A stretch of 64,000 nt of DNA from an uncultured Gemmatimonadaceae bacterium (GTDB taxonomy: Bacteria > Gemmatimonadota > Gemmatimonadetes > Gemmatimonadales > Gemmatimonadaceae). Positions 11,559-22,156 of the stretch are shown here, one piece after another; positions within the stretch are counted from its first letter, which is position 1; each line of letters starts with the position of its first letter. The position numbers and the translations under genes were made by a program. Location of the stretch: positions 64,001 through 128,000 of the forward strand of contig CAWGJO010000012.1 in the NCBI GenBank assembly GCA_963822945.1. Direction: 5' to 3'. The notes under the pieces are model-generated. The model was given only the letters and a program-made list of their open reading frames with translations. It did not search any database and had not been told where the DNA came from.

Positions 11559-12065
11559 TCAGGGATTGAACTTGCCGAAGTCCTCGGGGCGCAGACGCTC
11601 GAGGTACGCCTTGAGCTTCTCGGCGGAGAGATCGGGCGACTCGGGGCCGGCGGTGGGGTCGCCGCCGTCCCATTCGTCGCCGCCCTCCGCGAGCAGGGAT
11701 TCGGCGGCGAAGATGGGCGCGTCGAGACGGAGCGCGATGGCAATGCTGTCGGACGGACGCGCATCGACGGTCAGCCGCTCACCGGCGCGCACGAGCTGGA
11801 TTTCGGCATAGAACGTACGCTCCTCGATGCGGGTGATGTCGATGCGCTCGAGTTGGGCCCCGAGCGTCTGGATGAGACTGCGACAGAGATCGTGCGTGAG
11901 CGGGCGGGAGTGCGCGATCTGGTGCATCTCCACGATGATCGACTCCGCCTCGGGCTGCCCGATCCAGATCGGCAGGACCCGCTCGCCGTCCTTCTCCTGC
12001 AGGATCACGACATAGTTCCGCGTCGACGCATCGACGGCGAGCTTGGCGACCACCATCTCGATCAT
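11559..12065 (-). CDS. Bifunctional nuclease family protein (DUF151)
   Basis: LPIWIGQPEA, RPLTHDL, DARPSDSIAIALR motifs. Confidence 0.92.
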   Translation of the reverse strand: MIEMVVAKLAVDASTRNYVVILQEKDGERVLPIWIGQPEAESIIVEMHQIAHSRPLTHDLCRSLIQTLGAQLERIDITRIEERTFYAEIQLVRAGERLTVDARPSDSIAIALRLDAPIFAAESLLAEGGDEWDGGDPTAGPESPDLSAEKLKAYLERLRPEDFGKFNP

Positions 12066-12081
12066 GCGACCTCCCGCTACA

Positions 12082-13254
12082 TCACCGCACGGCGCGCTTG
12101 AGAGCCGACGCGCGATCGGTGCGTTCCCACGTGAACGTCGTGCTGGCGTGTTTGCCCCGCCCCACCCGCTCCGGTTCGCGCCCGAAGTGGCCGTAGGCCG
12201 ACGTGGGCGAGAAGATGGGCTTGCGGAGGGACAGCGCCTGAATGATGGCCCGCGGCGTGAGGTCGAACACCTCGCGGACCGCCTGCCGAATGGCGTGATC
12301 CGGCACGGCGCCCGTCCCGAACGAATCGACCATCACCGAGACCGGCTCGGCCACGCCGATCGCGTAGGCCAGCTGCACCTCGCAGCGCGTGGCCAGTTTG
12401 GCGGCGACGATGTTCTTCGCCACCCAGCGCGCGGCATACGAACCCGAGCGGTCGACCTTGGACGGATCCTTGCCGCTGAACGCGCCGCCGCCGTGGCGCC
12501 CCATGCCCCCGTACGTATCGACGATGATCTTGCGCCCGGTGAGCCCGGCGTCGCCCTGCGGACCGCCGACCACGAACCGGCCGGTGGGGTTGATGTGGTA
12601 CTTGGGGCGTTTGGTCACGAGTTCGGCGGGCAGCGCCGGCTCGATGATCCGCTCGATGACCTCGCTCCGAATCCGGCGGTTGGAGACGCCGGCGGCGTGC
12701 TGTGTCGAGATGACCACGGTGTCGATGGCCACCGGACGGTGGTCCTCGTAGATGACCGTGACCTGCGACTTGCCGTCGGGCCGGAGCCACGGCATGGCGC
12801 CGCTCTTCCGCTGATCGGCGAGGGCCCGCGTCAGCTGGTGCGCGAGCATGATCGGCATCGGCATCAACGCGTCGGTCTCGTCCGACGCATATCCGAACAT
12901 CATGCCCTGGTCGCCCGCGCCGCCGGTGTCGACGCCCATCGCGATGTCCGACGACTGGCGGTCGATGGTGCTGAGCACCGAGCAGGTGTGCGAGTCGAAT
13001 CCGTATCCGGCGTCCGTGTACCCGATATCGCGGATGGTGTTGCGGACGATATCCGGGATGTGGACGTAGGTGTTGGTGGTGATCTCGCCGGCCACACACG
13101 CCATTCCGGTCGTCACGAGCGTCTCGCACGCCACGCGCGCGTTCGCGTCGTCGGCCAGAATGGCGTCGAGCACGGCATCGGAGATCGCGTCGGCGACCTT
13201 GTCGGGGTGGCCTTCGGTGACGGATTCGGATGTGAACGGATGACGGTCGCGCAC
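12082..13254 (-). CDS. metK: S-adenosylmethionine synthetase
   Basis: [35 protein letters not shown]. Confidence 0.97.
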   Translation of the reverse strand: MRDRHPFTSESVTEGHPDKVADAISDAVLDAILADDANARVACETLVTTGMACVAGEITTNTYVHIPDIVRNTIRDIGYTDAGYGFDSHTCSVLSTIDRQSSDIAMGVDTGGAGDQGMMFGYASDETDALMPMPIMLAHQLTRALADQRKSGAMPWLRPDGKSQVTVIYEDHRPVAIDTVVISTQHAAGVSNRRIRSEVIERIIEPALPAELVTKRPKYHINPTGRFVVGGPQGDAGLTGRKIIVDTYGGMGRHGGGAFSGKDPSKVDRSGSYAARWVAKNIVAAKLATRCEVQLAYAIGVAEPVSVMVDSFGTGAVPDHAIRQAVREVFDLTPRAIIQALSLRKPIFSPTSAYGHFGREPERVGRGKHASTTFTWERTDRASALKRAVR

Positions 13255-13354
13255 AGGGGACTCGGTGAAAGGTGAGTGGAACGGCATCGGCGCGCCGAAG
13301 CGCGCCGCGTCTGAGGGAGAATAAGGGGGGCGAGGACGGTCGGGCAACCCGCCG

Positions 13355-15103
13355 TCAGCGCAGGGCGAGATCGCCGATCGCGTCGTGGAGGCGCCGGAGC
13401 AACTCGGCTTCGGCGTCGGCCGCCGTGGCCGCGTGCAGCGCGGCCGTGGCCGCCACTTCGGCGTCCCGCACGCTGACGCTGCGGACGATGCGCTTCACCA
13501 CCGGCAGCGACCGCGGGGCCACACTGAGTTGACGCACGCCGAGCCCGAGGAGCGCGTACGCCATGAGCGGCTGTGAGGCCATCTCCCCACATACCCCGAC
13601 TTCGAGCTTGGCCTGTTCCCCCACGTCCACGATTCGGCGGATGAGTCGAAGGACGGCAGGATGCAGCGGTGTGTACCGGTTGGCCAGGTTCGCATTGCCG
13701 CGATCGACGGCCAGCGTGTACTGCACCAGATCGTTGGTCCCGATGCTCAGGAAGGCGACCTCTCCCGTGAAGGTATCGGCGGCCACGGCGGCGGCCGGCG
13801 TCTCGACCATGATGCCGAGCGACAGGTCGCGCCGGAACTCCACGCCCCGCGCTTCCAATTCCCCGGCCGCCTCGGCCATCAGTTCCCGTGACTGACGCAC
13901 TTCGGCCACCGACACGACGAGCGGCAGCATGATGCGGAGATCCCCGTGCACGCCGGCACGCATGAGGGCGCGCAACTGCGTCCGGAAGATGGCCGGCTGG
14001 TCGAGGCACATGCGGATGGCGCGCCAGCCGAGGAACGGATTCGGTTCGGTGGGGAATCCACCCACCGGCAGCTTGTCGCCGCCGATGTCGAAGGTGCGGA
14101 TCACCACCGGCTTGCCGGCAAAGGCTTCGACCACCCGCCGGTAGCTCCGGTACTGTTCCTCCTCGTCGGGCATCGTCGCGCGACCGACGACGAGAAACTC
14201 CGTGCGCATGAGCCCCACGCCGTCGGCTCCGCTCTCCCGAGCCGCCTCGGCCTCTTCGGGCAGGTCCACGTTGGCACGCAGCGTGACGTGGATGCCGTCG
14301 AGGCTCACGCTCTCCAGGTCGGAGAGCCGGCTCAGTTCGGCCTCGACCACCTCCTCCTGGCGCGCGCGCTCGCGGTACTCGTCGATCTCGGTGTCGGTGG
14401 GGTTGATCGTGAGGCTGCCGTTGGTGCCGTCCAGAATGGCGCGCTCCCCACCGGCCAACGAATGCGCGGCGTTGCGCAGCCCGACGACCGCCGGCAGGTG
14501 CAGCGACCGGGCGAGGATGGCCACGTGCGACGTGCGGGTGCCGGCGTCGGTGGCGATCCCGACGATGGCCTCGCGGTCCAGTTGGACGGTGAGCCCGGGC
14601 GTCAGATCGTGCGTGACCAGAATCGCCCGCTCGCCCCGGGCCAGGCCCACGGGATCGTGGTCCGGCAGATCGAGGAGCAGGGAGAGCACGCGGATGTGCA
14701 CGTCGGTCAGGTCGCTCACCCGCTCGCGGAGCATCGCCACGGAATGGCGGGCGAAGCGCTGGCGCCATTCGAGCATCACGAGGTCGAAGGCCTTCTCCGC
14801 GGCCAGTTTCTGGCGAATGAACTCCTCGACGCCGGCCAGCAGGTCCGTGTCTTCGAGAATCGAATGCTGGACGTCGAAGATCGCGGCTTCCTCGCGTCCC
14901 GCAGCGGCCTCGACCCGCGCCCGTACCTGATTCAACCGATCCTTGGCCCGGTCCACGGCGGCGTGGAAGCGGCGCAGTTCGGCCGGCACCTGGTCTTCCG
15001 GGATCAGCCGGTGCGGAACATCCGGCACCTCCCACCGCAGGAGGTGGATGTTCCCGACGGCGATGCCCGCCGACGCGGGAATTCCGGTGAGCACGCGATC
15101 CAT
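13355..15103 (-). CDS. ptsI: PTS enzyme I (PEP-protein phosphotransferase)
   Basis: [10 protein letters not shown] phospho-His motif, [37 protein letters not shown]. Confidence 0.95.
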   Translation of the reverse strand: MDRVLTGIPASAGIAVGNIHLLRWEVPDVPHRLIPEDQVPAELRRFHAAVDRAKDRLNQVRARVEAAAGREEAAIFDVQHSILEDTDLLAGVEEFIRQKLAAEKAFDLVMLEWRQRFARHSVAMLRERVSDLTDVHIRVLSLLLDLPDHDPVGLARGERAILVTHDLTPGLTVQLDREAIVGIATDAGTRTSHVAILARSLHLPAVVGLRNAAHSLAGGERAILDGTNGSLTINPTDTEIDEYRERARQEEVVEAELSRLSDLESVSLDGIHVTLRANVDLPEEAEAARESGADGVGLMRTEFLVVGRATMPDEEEQYRSYRRVVEAFAGKPVVIRTFDIGGDKLPVGGFPTEPNPFLGWRAIRMCLDQPAIFRTQLRALMRAGVHGDLRIMLPLVVSVAEVRQSRELMAEAAGELEARGVEFRRDLSLGIMVETPAAAVAADTFTGEVAFLSIGTNDLVQYTLAVDRGNANLANRYTPLHPAVLRLIRRIVDVGEQAKLEVGVCGEMASQPLMAYALLGLGVRQLSVAPRSLPVVKRIVRSVSVRDAEVAATAALHAATAADAEAELLRRLHDAIGDLALR

Positions 15104-15369
15104 CAGGGTTCTCCGAAGCCGTCGGCGATGAGGTTGGCGAGCGCGTCGAGGGCCGCCTCGGCGTCCGGCCCATCGGCCCGCAGCAGGAGGTCCGTGCCGC
15201 GCTCGGCGGCGAGCATCATGACCCCCATGATGCTCTTCCCGTTCACTTCGAGATCGTCACGGCTGATCGTGATGTCGCTCTTGAATCGCGACGCCAGCTT
15301 CACGATCTGGGCGGCTGGCCGGGCATGCAGCCCGACCTTGTTGACGATCGTCACCGTGCGTTCAGCCAT
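15103..15369 (-). CDS. ptsH: Phosphocarrier protein HPr
   Basis: NKVGLHARPAA (His15) and NGKSIMGVMML (Ser46). Confidence 0.95.
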   Translation of the reverse strand: MAERTVTIVNKVGLHARPAAQIVKLASRFKSDITISRDDLEVNGKSIMGVMMLAAERGTDLLLRADGPDAEAALDALANLIADGFGEP

Positions 15370-16142
15370 CAACGGATCACCGAGAAGAGGACGAAAGCCG
15401 AGACCATCAGCAGTGCGAACCGCCATCCTTCCAGTCGCGACTGCGCTTTGACGACGACGATGGCGCCGACGAGTGTGGCCAGCAGAATCTCTCCGAGCAG
15501 CGTGCGTCCCTCCCCCACGACGCGGGTGAACGCGAGGGGAATGGCGACCCCCGCGGCCAACGCCGCGGTGCGGGCCATGAACGCCGGCCCGCGCCGCAGC
15601 ACGGGGTGTCCGAGTCCGGCCGCCACGCGCAAGCCCTGGTTCCACCCGGTGCGCATGCCCCACAGCAGGAGCGCCACGTGGCCGGCATTGTAGACGGCGA
15701 GGAAGGCGATGACCACGACCGCCGCCGAGCTGCCGAGCCCGAACAGCGCCAGGGCGAGAAACGAGGAAAGCGGCAGCCACCCCGCCCAGACCAGGCGGTC
15801 GCCGACGCTCCCCAACGGGCCGCACAACGCCGTGCGGAACCGCTCGATGCGCTCCGGCGGTTCCCCGTCCAGTTCGGCGCGGGCCAGCGCGCCGACGGCG
15901 AACGCCGCCAGGTAGGGGTGGGCGTTGAAGTATCGACTCTGACGCGCCATGGCCGCCTTGAACGCCGGCGTATGCACCCCGCCAGGTAGCCGGCGCAACG
16001 CCGGCTCGAGACAGAAGGCGATCCCATTCCCCATCAGCGTCTCGTAGTTCCACGAGCCCTGGATGGCGAGCAGGCGCAGGAGCACGGCGGCGCGCACCCG
16101 GAGCGCGGGCGGCGGCGGAGGGACGATCGATGCCTCTCTCAT
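15369..16142 (-). CDS. PTS mannose/fructose/sorbose family EIID
   Basis: QGSWNYETLMG, YFNAHPY, GPLGSVGDRLVW. Confidence 0.9.
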   Translation of the reverse strand: MREASIVPPPPPALRVRAAVLLRLLAIQGSWNYETLMGNGIAFCLEPALRRLPGGVHTPAFKAAMARQSRYFNAHPYLAAFAVGALARAELDGEPPERIERFRTALCGPLGSVGDRLVWAGWLPLSSFLALALFGLGSSAAVVVIAFLAVYNAGHVALLLWGMRTGWNQGLRVAAGLGHPVLRRGPAFMARTAALAAGVAIPLAFTRVVGEGRTLLGEILLATLVGAIVVVKAQSRLEGWRFALLMVSAFVLFSVIR

Positions 16143-16822
16143 CGCATCGCCAGCACGAGCAGGCCGATTCCGAGCCCGCCCAGAAAGAACCAGCGCGCGC
16201 CGCTCGTCGAATGAAAGAGCTTCCACGCGGAGCCCAGCGCCACGCTCGCGGCGGTCGCGACCAGGAGGGCGCGCGACCAGTGTTCGCCCAGCGTCCAACG
16301 TTGGAGCACGAAGTGCTCCGCGGGGACGAGCATGAGGTACGCCGCCGCGCTGACGAGCACCGCCCGGACGAAGTCCCCGGTGAGACCCGCCAACTGCACG
16401 TCGACCACGGCGCCGCGCGAGCCTGCTTCGAGGGCCACCCGGCGGCGGCGCGCGACGACGGCGTTGTGCTGGCGCAGCGTGACCATGGACCAGCCGCCCA
16501 GCCAGGCGAACAGCAGCGCGCCGAGCACGGCGACGATGAGCGCCCCCACGGTGCCGGGGCCGGCCTCACCGTAGATCGCCCCTGCCACGACCGACGCGGA
16601 GCCCCATTCCGGATACCGTGACGCGCCCACCGGCATCGTCTCCAGCGCGATCAGTTCGAGCACGACCCCGATGAGCAGGCCCGGCGCCGGCGCCCCCACG
16701 AGGGCGCCGCCCAGCGTCGCCGCCACGAGGGGCCGGGAGATCATCGCCTGCGGAAAGCTGACCGTATCCAGCCCGGCCACGCCTCCGAGGAGCGAGATCG
16801 GCACCACGTCCACGATGTTCAC
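16139..16822 (-). CDS. PTS mannose/fructose/sorbose family EIIC
   Basis: QAMISRPLVAATLGG, LELIAL..PVGAS..PE; hydrophobic. Confidence 0.88.
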   Translation of the reverse strand: MNIVDVVPISLLGGVAGLDTVSFPQAMISRPLVAATLGGALVGAPAPGLLIGVVLELIALETMPVGASRYPEWGSASVVAGAIYGEAGPGTVGALIVAVLGALLFAWLGGWSMVTLRQHNAVVARRRRVALEAGSRGAVVDVQLAGLTGDFVRAVLVSAAAYLMLVPAEHFVLQRWTLGEHWSRALLVATAASVALGSAWKLFHSTSGARWFFLGGLGIGLLVLAMR

Positions 16823-17307
16823 GGGGCGTGGTGGGTCGCGAGCACTTCGTCCAGCGGCACGGGCCGCGCCGAGGGCACGTCCTGCGCCGTGACCGGAACG
16901 CCGCGCGCGACGATCGCGCGCAGCGCCTCCTCCTCTGCCGGCGACAGGAATACGTAGCGGAGCCGTTGCGTCCGATCGCCCCGATGATGGATGCCGCCCA
17001 CGTTCACAGCGGGCACCACGCCCATGTCGACGAGCGCCCGCATGGTCTCGACGTCGGCGGTGAGCAGAATGCCCGCGCGCGGATCGTCGCGATACCGTTG
17101 CAGCGCCGCCGGGCACTCGCCGGTGGTGTGGAAATACACCTCGGTGCCGGGCGGAACCGCCATCTGGTACAACTCACGCTCCCACTCGCTGAGCGCCACG
17201 GCGTCATCGACCAGCACGATGAATCCGGCGTCGAGCGGCTGCCCCCACCCCAACACCACCTGGCCGTGGATCAGCCGGTCGTCGATGCGGTAGAGCGCGA
17301 GGGTCAC
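16819..17307 (-). CDS. PTS mannose/fructose/sorbose family EIIB
   Basis: RIDDRLIHGQV motif; VNVGG. Confidence 0.92.
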   Translation of the reverse strand: MTLALYRIDDRLIHGQVVLGWGQPLDAGFIVLVDDAVALSEWERELYQMAVPPGTEVYFHTTGECPAALQRYRDDPRAGILLTADVETMRALVDMGVVPAVNVGGIHHRGDRTQRLRYVFLSPAEEEALRAIVARGVPVTAQDVPSARPVPLDEVLATHHAP

Positions 17308-17696
17308 GGCGTGCCCTCCACCGCGTCGATCGCGGCCCGTCCGCGGTCGGCCGCGTGGCGCGCCGCCGTGACCGCGGGCTTCGATTCCGCGAACGCGAAG
17401 TCGAGCAGCGCCGGCAGATTCGCGCCCGAGACGAGCACCGCGTCCGGCATGCCGCGCAGAATGCGCCGCGCCGCCATGGTACAGCTCCCGGCATGCAGGT
17501 CGGTGAACAGCACGCGCGCGCCGGTCTGTTCCATCGTCTCGCGCAGGAGCGTCTCGATGTCGGCCGCGCTCAACTCGGGCACCGCCACCGCGTGGAACAG
17601 GCCTCCCCGCCCGGTGATCACCTCCACCGCCGAGACGAGCCCGGCCGCGAAGTCGCCGTGCCCGGCGACGATGGCGCGCGGCGCGCTATTCGTCAT
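17304..17696 (-). CDS. PTS mannose family EIIA
   Basis: IVAGHGDFAAGL, LFTDLHAGSC, SGANLPALL. Confidence 0.88.
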   Translation of the reverse strand: MTNSAPRAIVAGHGDFAAGLVSAVEVITGRGGLFHAVAVPELSAADIETLLRETMEQTGARVLFTDLHAGSCTMAARRILRGMPDAVLVSGANLPALLDFAFAESKPAVTAARHAADRGRAAIDAVEGTP

Positions 17697-18660
17697 CTTG
17701 CTGGAGATACCGTTTCACGTCGGCAGCCTCGCGCATGCGGCCGATGAGCCGGGCGTTGAACCGCTCGGCCGGATCGAACCCGCTGTACTTGAGCAGATGG
17801 TTCATCGCGATCACCTCCGCCACGACCGTGATGTTCTTGCCCGGATTCAGGGGCACCGTGATCTTCGGCAGGTCCACGTCGAGGATCGTGGCCGTCTGTC
17901 CGTCGAGTCCGGTGCGCTCGATGTACGTATCCTGGTGCCACTCCTCCAGCTGCACCACCACCTCGATGCGCTTCTGCTGGCGAACCGCGCGCACCCCGAA
18001 GATGGCCGGGACGTCCACGAGCCCGATCCCGCGGATCTCCATGCAGTGGCGCTGCATCTCATGCCCGGTGCCGATGAGCACGTCGGTCCCGCGGCGCTTG
18101 GCGAACACGAGGTCGTCGGCCACCAGCCGATGGCCGCGCTCCACGAGATCGAGCACGCACTCCGACTTGCCGATCCCGCTCCGGCCGACGAACAGCAGTC
18201 CGACCCCGAACACGTCGGCCAGCGAGCCGTGCAGACTCGTGGTCGGCGCGAACTCGTCCTCGAGCCACGGCTTGATCCGCGTGTAGAACTCGTTGGTCTT
18301 CAGCGTGGAGGTGAGAATCGGGACCCGCGCTTCGGCCGCCGCCGTGACCATGTCCTCCGGCGGCTGGAGCCCCTTGGTCACGAAGACACAGGGAATCGCG
18401 TGCGAGAAGAAGAGCTGCAGCACGTGCGCCCGCTCCGCCGCCTCGCGCGTCGAGAGGTACGTGATCTCCGTCTCGCCGAACACCTGCAGCCGGTGCCCGG
18501 GGAACCGTTCGGTGTAGCCGGCGAGCACGAGTCCCGGACTGGAGATGTTCGGACTCGTGATCTCGCGCTCAAGAGTCCCGGTCCCGTCCACGTGCGCCAG
18601 CTGGAGCGTGTCGCGCATGCGCTCCAGCAGGCTCCCGGCAGTGAGCAGTTGCTTCTTCAC
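17686..18660 (-). CDS. hprK: HPr(Ser) kinase/phosphorylase
   Basis: GRSGIGKSECVLDLVERGHRLVADD, MEIRGIG. Confidence 0.96.
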   Translation of the reverse strand: MKKQLLTAGSLLERMRDTLQLAHVDGTGTLEREITSPNISSPGLVLAGYTERFPGHRLQVFGETEITYLSTREAAERAHVLQLFFSHAIPCVFVTKGLQPPEDMVTAAAEARVPILTSTLKTNEFYTRIKPWLEDEFAPTTSLHGSLADVFGVGLLFVGRSGIGKSECVLDLVERGHRLVADDLVFAKRRGTDVLIGTGHEMQRHCMEIRGIGLVDVPAIFGVRAVRQQKRIEVVVQLEEWHQDTYIERTGLDGQTATILDVDLPKITVPLNPGKNITVVAEVIAMNHLLKYSGFDPAERFNARLIGRMREAADVKRYLQQDDE

Positions 18661-18962
18661 GCCTGTGCCTTGCGGCGGGCGAACCGCTTGCGCCGCTGCG
18701 TTTCCACCTGCGTTTCGAGCCGGCTGAGCGCCTCGCCAAGGGCCACGCCGGCGTAGCGTCCGCTGGCGGTGGCAACGAGCGGCTTCCGGCGCGGCGCGTG
18801 CAGCATGATCTCGACGCGCCGGGCCGGCCCGTCATCTTCGAACCGGATCACGGCGTCCACCGGGCGGCCGAGCCGCTCGGCGAGCTTGGAGACGCCGACC
18901 CGCGCGCGGCGACGCATGCGGTCGGAAATTGGGGCGTGGTGGGCGTGAAAGATCACTTTCAT
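18657..18962 (-). CDS. Ribosome hibernation factor HPF/RaiA-like protein
   Basis: 101 aa (MKVIFHAHHAPIS..) with HPF-like pattern; canonical position upstream of hprK. Confidence 0.7.
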   Translation of the reverse strand: MKVIFHAHHAPISDRMRRRARVGVSKLAERLGRPVDAVIRFEDDGPARRVEIMLHAPRRKPLVATASGRYAGVALGEALSRLETQVETQRRKRFARRKAQA

Positions 18963-20071
18963 CCAGCGGTATCCTCCGGCGCGTGAACGCGGGCAAGGTG
19001 CTCTTCGGTCTGGTCGGCGGCGCGGTCCCAGGTGAAGGTCTCGGCGAACCGGCGCGCCTGCACACCCAGCCGCTCGACCAGGGCGGCGTCTCCGGCCAGC
19101 CGGTCCATCACCTCGGCCATCGCGCGCGTGTCGCCGTGCGGGATCAGAAAGCCCGTCTCGCCGTGCTTCACGGACTCCCGGATGCCCGGCGAGTTGGAGG
19201 CGACGACGGGCGTGCCACACGCCGCGGCTTCCAGGTTCGTGATACCCCACCCCTCCTTGGGCGACGCGAACGCCAACCCCCACGACCGGCGCAACAGCGC
19301 CAGCTTCTCCTGCTCGCTGATACGCCCAAGAAACCGCACCCGCGTGCCGAGGTCAAGCGAAGCGGCAAGTCGTTCCAACGTTGGACGATAGTCACCCGCG
19401 CCCGCGATCTCCAACACCGCCTCGCGGTGCCGCATCGCTGCAAAAGCCTGGATGACCAGATGCACGCCCTTGTAGTGTTTGAGCCGACCCAGATAGGAGA
19501 AGGTCGGCACCGCCGACCGCGTGCCTGCGGCTGGCGTATACGACTCGGCATCGATGCCGGGATAGATCACTTCGATGTGCGCGCGTGGAATCCCGCGGTG
19601 CACCAGGTCGTCGGCCGTGCTCTGGCTGATGGCCTCGAACGGCGTCCCGCGATACACGCGTCCGAGCGGCCGCTCGGCGAGCCACACCGCGGCGGCGAGG
19701 GGCGCGGCAAATTCCTGGAACGCCGTGGCCCCGAACAGGTGCGGCACCAGGGTCATCGCGCGTGGGGCGCCCCATCGCGGCGTGTAGAGGGGAATCTTGT
19801 TCACGTCCTCGACGAGCACGTCGCAGGTGCCGGCGAGATGACGGGCATAGTACCGCCGGGCAAAGAAGGGAAACGAGTGCCGGGTTCCCACGCGATGCAC
19901 GTCGATGCCATCCAACTCGGCCCGGGGCGGCGCATCGGGCCAGCCACCGCAGAGCAGCGTGACGCGATGCCCGCGCGCCGCCAGCCGGCCGAAGATCTCG
20001 TGGAGATGAATCTCGGCGCCCCCGGCCAGCGGATTCTCCCGATCCTGCCAGTTGACGACGAGAATGCGCAT
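18959..20071 (-). CDS. Glycosyltransferase family 4
   Basis: NWQDRENPLAGGAE, GRLKHYKG, EGWGITNLEAAACGTPVV (EX7E). Confidence 0.92.
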   Translation of the reverse strand: MRILVVNWQDRENPLAGGAEIHLHEIFGRLAARGHRVTLLCGGWPDAPPRAELDGIDVHRVGTRHSFPFFARRYYARHLAGTCDVLVEDVNKIPLYTPRWGAPRAMTLVPHLFGATAFQEFAAPLAAAVWLAERPLGRVYRGTPFEAISQSTADDLVHRGIPRAHIEVIYPGIDAESYTPAAGTRSAVPTFSYLGRLKHYKGVHLVIQAFAAMRHREAVLEIAGAGDYRPTLERLAASLDLGTRVRFLGRISEQEKLALLRRSWGLAFASPKEGWGITNLEAAACGTPVVASNSPGIRESVKHGETGFLIPHGDTRAMAEVMDRLAGDAALVERLGVQARRFAETFTWDRAADQTEEHLARVHAPEDTAG

Positions 20072-20481
20072 CAGAGGCGGCCCATGCGACGCGCCAGCGC
20101 GTCGAGCACGCCGTTCACGAACCGCGCGCTCTGCTCGCTGCCATACCGTTCGGCCAGCCGCAGCGCCTCCTGGATCACCACGCGCGCCGGCGTTTCGCCG
20201 CGCCGGAGTTCCGCCGCGGCCACGCGCAGCACGCTGCGTTCGATCACGCCCAGCCGCTCGAGCCGCCAATTGGTGGTGACGTCGGCCAGCTCGCGGTCGA
20301 TCTCCCGGCCGTGCTGCTGTATCTCGCGGACGAGCAGGCCCGCCAGGCGGCGCTCTTCGGGCGCGATGGCCAGATCGTCCCAGATCATGGTGGCCACGCG
20401 CTCGAGGTCGGACTCGCCGCGGAGGTCCCACGCGTAGAGCGCCTGCAGCGCCCGGGCGCGGGCCCGGGTCTCAACCCTCAT
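20071..20481 (-). CDS. nusB: Transcription antitermination factor NusB
   Basis: RARALQALYAWD, WRLERLG, FVNGVLD; follows ribH. Confidence 0.95.
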   Translation of the reverse strand: MRVETRARARALQALYAWDLRGESDLERVATMIWDDLAIAPEERRLAGLLVREIQQHGREIDRELADVTTNWRLERLGVIERSVLRVAAAELRRGETPARVVIQEALRLAERYGSEQSARFVNGVLDALARRMGRL

Positions 20482-20950
20482 GCGATGCGTCCAGGCGGTC
20501 GAAGAGGTCGGCCATCTCGAGCGCCGCCAGCGCGGCGTCCCACCCCTTGTTGCCGTGCGCGCCGCCGGCGCGGGCCTCGGCCTGATCCATCGTGTCGCAG
20601 GTCAGCAGCCCGAAGCCCACCGGTACGTCGAACTCGGCCGACGCCCTGGCCAGCCCCCGGGCCGACTCGCCGGCCACGAAGTCGAAGTGCGGCGTTTCCC
20701 CCCGGATCACGGCGCCCAGCGCGACGACGGCATCGTACCGCTCGCTGTCCATGAGGCGGCGCACCGCGGCGGGCAACTCCCACGCGCCCGGCACCCAGAC
20801 CACGTCGATGTTGTCGGCCGCCACGCCGTGGCGCACGAGCGCGTCCGTGGCCCCGTCCGCCAGCTTGCTCGTGATCGTGTTGTTGAACCGGCTCGCCACG
20901 ACCGCCACCCGCCGGCCCCGGCCCGAAGGCGATCCCGAAAATTCTGCCAT
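20471..20950 (-). CDS. ribH: 6,7-dimethyl-8-ribityllumazine synthase
   Basis: VPGAWELP, GAVIRGETPHFDFV, NKGWDAA. Confidence 0.96.
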   Translation of the reverse strand: MAEFSGSPSGRGRRVAVVASRFNNTITSKLADGATDALVRHGVAADNIDVVWVPGAWELPAAVRRLMDSERYDAVVALGAVIRGETPHFDFVAGESARGLARASAEFDVPVGFGLLTCDTMDQAEARAGGAHGNKGWDAALAALEMADLFDRLDASHEG

Positions 20951-22156
20951 TTAGGAGACGAGGAGGTGGCCGAGCTTCTCGCGCTTGGTCTTCATGTACC
21001 CGGCGTTCTCTTCCTGCGCCGGCTGGACGATGGGCACCCGCTCCTCGACCCGCAGACCGTACCCCTCGAGGCCGATCATCTTGCGCGGATTGTTGGTGAT
21101 GGGACGGATCGACTTGAGCCCGATGTCGAGCAGGATCTGCGCGCCGATCCCGTAGTTGCGGAGGTCCGGCTTGAAGCCCAGCCGCTCGTTGGCCTCGACG
21201 GTGTCGATGCCCGTATCCTGGAGTTCGTAGGCCTTGATCTTGTTCAACAATCCGATGCCCCGCCCTTCCTGATCCAGGTACACGATCACCCCGCGCCCTT
21301 CGTCGGCGATCATCTGCATCGCGGTATCGAGTTGCCAGCCGCAGTCGCAGCGCTTGGAGTGAAACACGTCACCGGTGAGGCACTTGGAGTGCATGCGGAC
21401 CAACACGTTCTCACCATCGGACACGTCGCCGTACACCAGCGCCACGTGCTCGTGCGGATCCACGTCGTTCTTGTACCCGAGGATCTGCCACGCGCCGAAC
21501 TCGGTGGGCAGCCGCGCCTCGGCCACCCGGTGCACCAGCCGCTCGTTCTTGAGCCGGTGCGCGACGAGTTGGGCCACGGTGATGAACGTCAGGCCGTGGC
21601 GCTCGGCGAACTTCTCGAGATTGCCACGGCGCGCGGCACTGCCGTCCTCGTTGAGGATCTCGCAGATGACACCGGCGGGGTACAGCCCGGCGAGGCGCGC
21701 GAGATCGATGGCCGCCTCGGTGTGCCCTACGCGCTGCAACACCCCGCCCTCGCGGGCCCGGAGCGGGAAGACGTGCCCGCCATGCCGGAGATCGGACGGC
21801 GCCGTGGCGGGATCGACCGCCACGCGGATCGTCGTCGCACGATCCTGCGCGCTGATCCCCGTGGTCACGCCGAACCGCGCCACGGCGTCGATGCTCACCG
21901 TGTAGGCGGTGCGGTATTCGTCGGGGTTGGTCTCGCTCATCGGCGCGAGGTCGAGCTGCTCCACCCGCTCCGCCGTGAGCGCCAGGCAGACGAGGCCGCC
22001 GGCCTGGCGAATCATGAAATTGATCCCGTCGGCCGTCATGAGCTGTGCGGCGCCGATCAGATCGCCTTCGTTCTCGCGATCCTCGTCGTCGGCCACGATG
22101 ACGAGCTTGCCGGCCTTGATGTCGGCGATGGCTTGGTCTACGGATCCGAAAGTCAT
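20951..22156 (-). CDS. ribBA: DHBP synthase / GTP cyclohydrolase II
   Basis: DDEDRENEGD, GHTEA, HSKCLTGD..RCDC, QEGRGIGL. Confidence 0.96.
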   Translation of the reverse strand: MTFGSVDQAIADIKAGKLVIVADDEDRENEGDLIGAAQLMTADGINFMIRQAGGLVCLALTAERVEQLDLAPMSETNPDEYRTAYTVSIDAVARFGVTTGISAQDRATTIRVAVDPATAPSDLRHGGHVFPLRAREGGVLQRVGHTEAAIDLARLAGLYPAGVICEILNEDGSAARRGNLEKFAERHGLTFITVAQLVAHRLKNERLVHRVAEARLPTEFGAWQILGYKNDVDPHEHVALVYGDVSDGENVLVRMHSKCLTGDVFHSKRCDCGWQLDTAMQMIADEGRGVIVYLDQEGRGIGLLNKIKAYELQDTGIDTVEANERLGFKPDLRNYGIGAQILLDIGLKSIRPITNNPRKMIGLEGYGLRVEERVPIVQPAQEENAGYMKTKREKLGHLLVS

